DNA from: an uncultured delta proteobacterium | GTDB taxonomy: Bacteria; Bdellovibrionota; FAC87; UBA2466 | NCBI GenBank assembly: GCA_963778115.1 | Contig: CAVZSV010000004.1 | Location: forward strand, 736,001 to 800,000 | Direction of reading: 5' to 3' | Length of the DNA: 64,000 nt | Shown: piece after piece, positions 63,212 to 64,000 of the stretch | Position numbering within the stretch: the stretch's first letter is position 1 | Layout: each line of letters begins with the position of its first letter | Notes under the pieces: model-generated | The model's database searches: none | The model's input: only the letters and a program-made list of their open reading frames with translations | What the model was told of the DNA's origin: nothing | Made by a program: the position numbers and the translations under genes

Positions 63212-64000
63212 CTAATCTCTTCCCGCGGTCGGAACCGGGCGCAATATCAAACGCGTTATAATGTTCACCGCAAAAACAAAGAGGATCAAAACCAAAGCTC
63301 CCGCCCAAGCTTGTCGATGGAGATCCTCGAAAGGCGATATCGCATAGTTGTAAATCTGCACCGGAAGCGAAGCGATCGGTTGATCCAATGCCTGGTGCCA
63401 GTAGTTATTTCCTAAAGCGGTAAACAAAAGAGGGGCTGTCTCGCCAGCAACGCGCGCTACGGCTAGCATAATACCCGTGGTAATTCCTCCGAGCGATCCT
63501 CTCAGCACAATCCACAAGATGACTTTCCAGCGAGGCAGTCCCAATGCAAGACCCGCTTCTCGGATATGCACGGGAACGAGTCGAAGCAACTCTTCAGTAG
63601 TGCGGGCCACAATGGGAACCATGATAAAGGCCAAAGCCACACTGCCGGCAATTGCCGAGAATCGCCGCATCGGAAGGACCAATAACACGTACACAAAAAG
63701 GCCCATGATGATAGAAGGCACACTCGTCAAGAGATCCGTACAGAAACGAACCCATCGTCCTAAACGTCCTCGCCCGTACTCGGAAAGAAAGACACCGGTG
63801 AGAATTCCCCAGGGAATTCCGACCAGAGAAGATAATAGAATAAGAATCGCAGTTCCTACCAGCGCATTGCCCATTCCGCCGCCGGTCTCTCCTACGGGCT
63901 TGGGTAGCTGGGTAAAAAAATCCCAGTTTACCGATGGGAATCCTTTGGTAAGCACATATCCGAAGACATAAAACAGAGCGAGTAAAGCGATCCCTGCCGC
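63212..64000 (-). CDS. pstA: Phosphate ABC transporter permease (5' end outside the window)
   Basis: GGMGNALVGT, VPSII, REAGLALG, ARVAGETAPL, QAWAGAL; frame open to 64000. Confidence 0.95.
   Translation of the reverse strand, partial: AAGIALLALFYVFGYVLTKGFPSVNWDFFTQLPKPVGETGGGMGNALVGTAILILLSSLVGIPWGILTGVFLSEYGRGRLGRWVRFCTDLLTSVPSIIMGLFVYVLLVLPMRRFSAIAGSVALAFIMVPIVARTTEELLRLVPVHIREAGLALGLPRWKVILWIVLRGSLGGITTGIMLAVARVAGETAPLLFTALGNNYWHQALDQPIASLPVQIYNYAISPFEDLHRQAWAGALVLILFVFAVNIITRLILRPVPTAGRD

Overview
Bacterial chromosomal window of about 50% GC. The gene style suggests a Bdellovibrionota/Oligoflexia-like deltaproteobacterium; this is an inference, since no marker gene is present. Housekeeping content: lysA, tatAC, FMN-dependent glutamate synthase, a Rep/UvrD helicase (frameshifted), frmA-fghA-srkA, a desaturase, olsB, bcp, pyrF-pyrE, egtB-egtD, a TPP riboswitch with thiC-thiO-thiS-thiG-thiDE, and pstA-pstB-phoU-phoB-phoR. 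Many signal-peptide ORFs sit singly between these genes. Several carry folds that normally work in a cytoplasm: an intact Gln-dependent NAD+ synthetase with a Sec-type signal peptide, a kinase-like plus NrN-like DHH phosphodiesterase fusion (split by one indel), a COOH-NH2 amidoligase-like protein and an AvrB-like Fido-domain protein. Three exported proteins have a terminal C-x3-V segment. Together these suggest an undescribed set of effectors delivered into a prey or host cell. Also present: a secreted Gly/Tyr repeat protein missed by the ORF track (1-615), a trypsin-like protein with Ser replaced by Thr, a dead PIG-L homolog, a tandem pair of orphan paralogs, two copies of a ~90-100 bp palindromic element, an HNH pseudogene, and several single-base frameshifts that may be assembly errors. 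No rRNA, tRNA, CRISPR array or intact transposase was seen. All family calls come from reading motifs, not from database searches.
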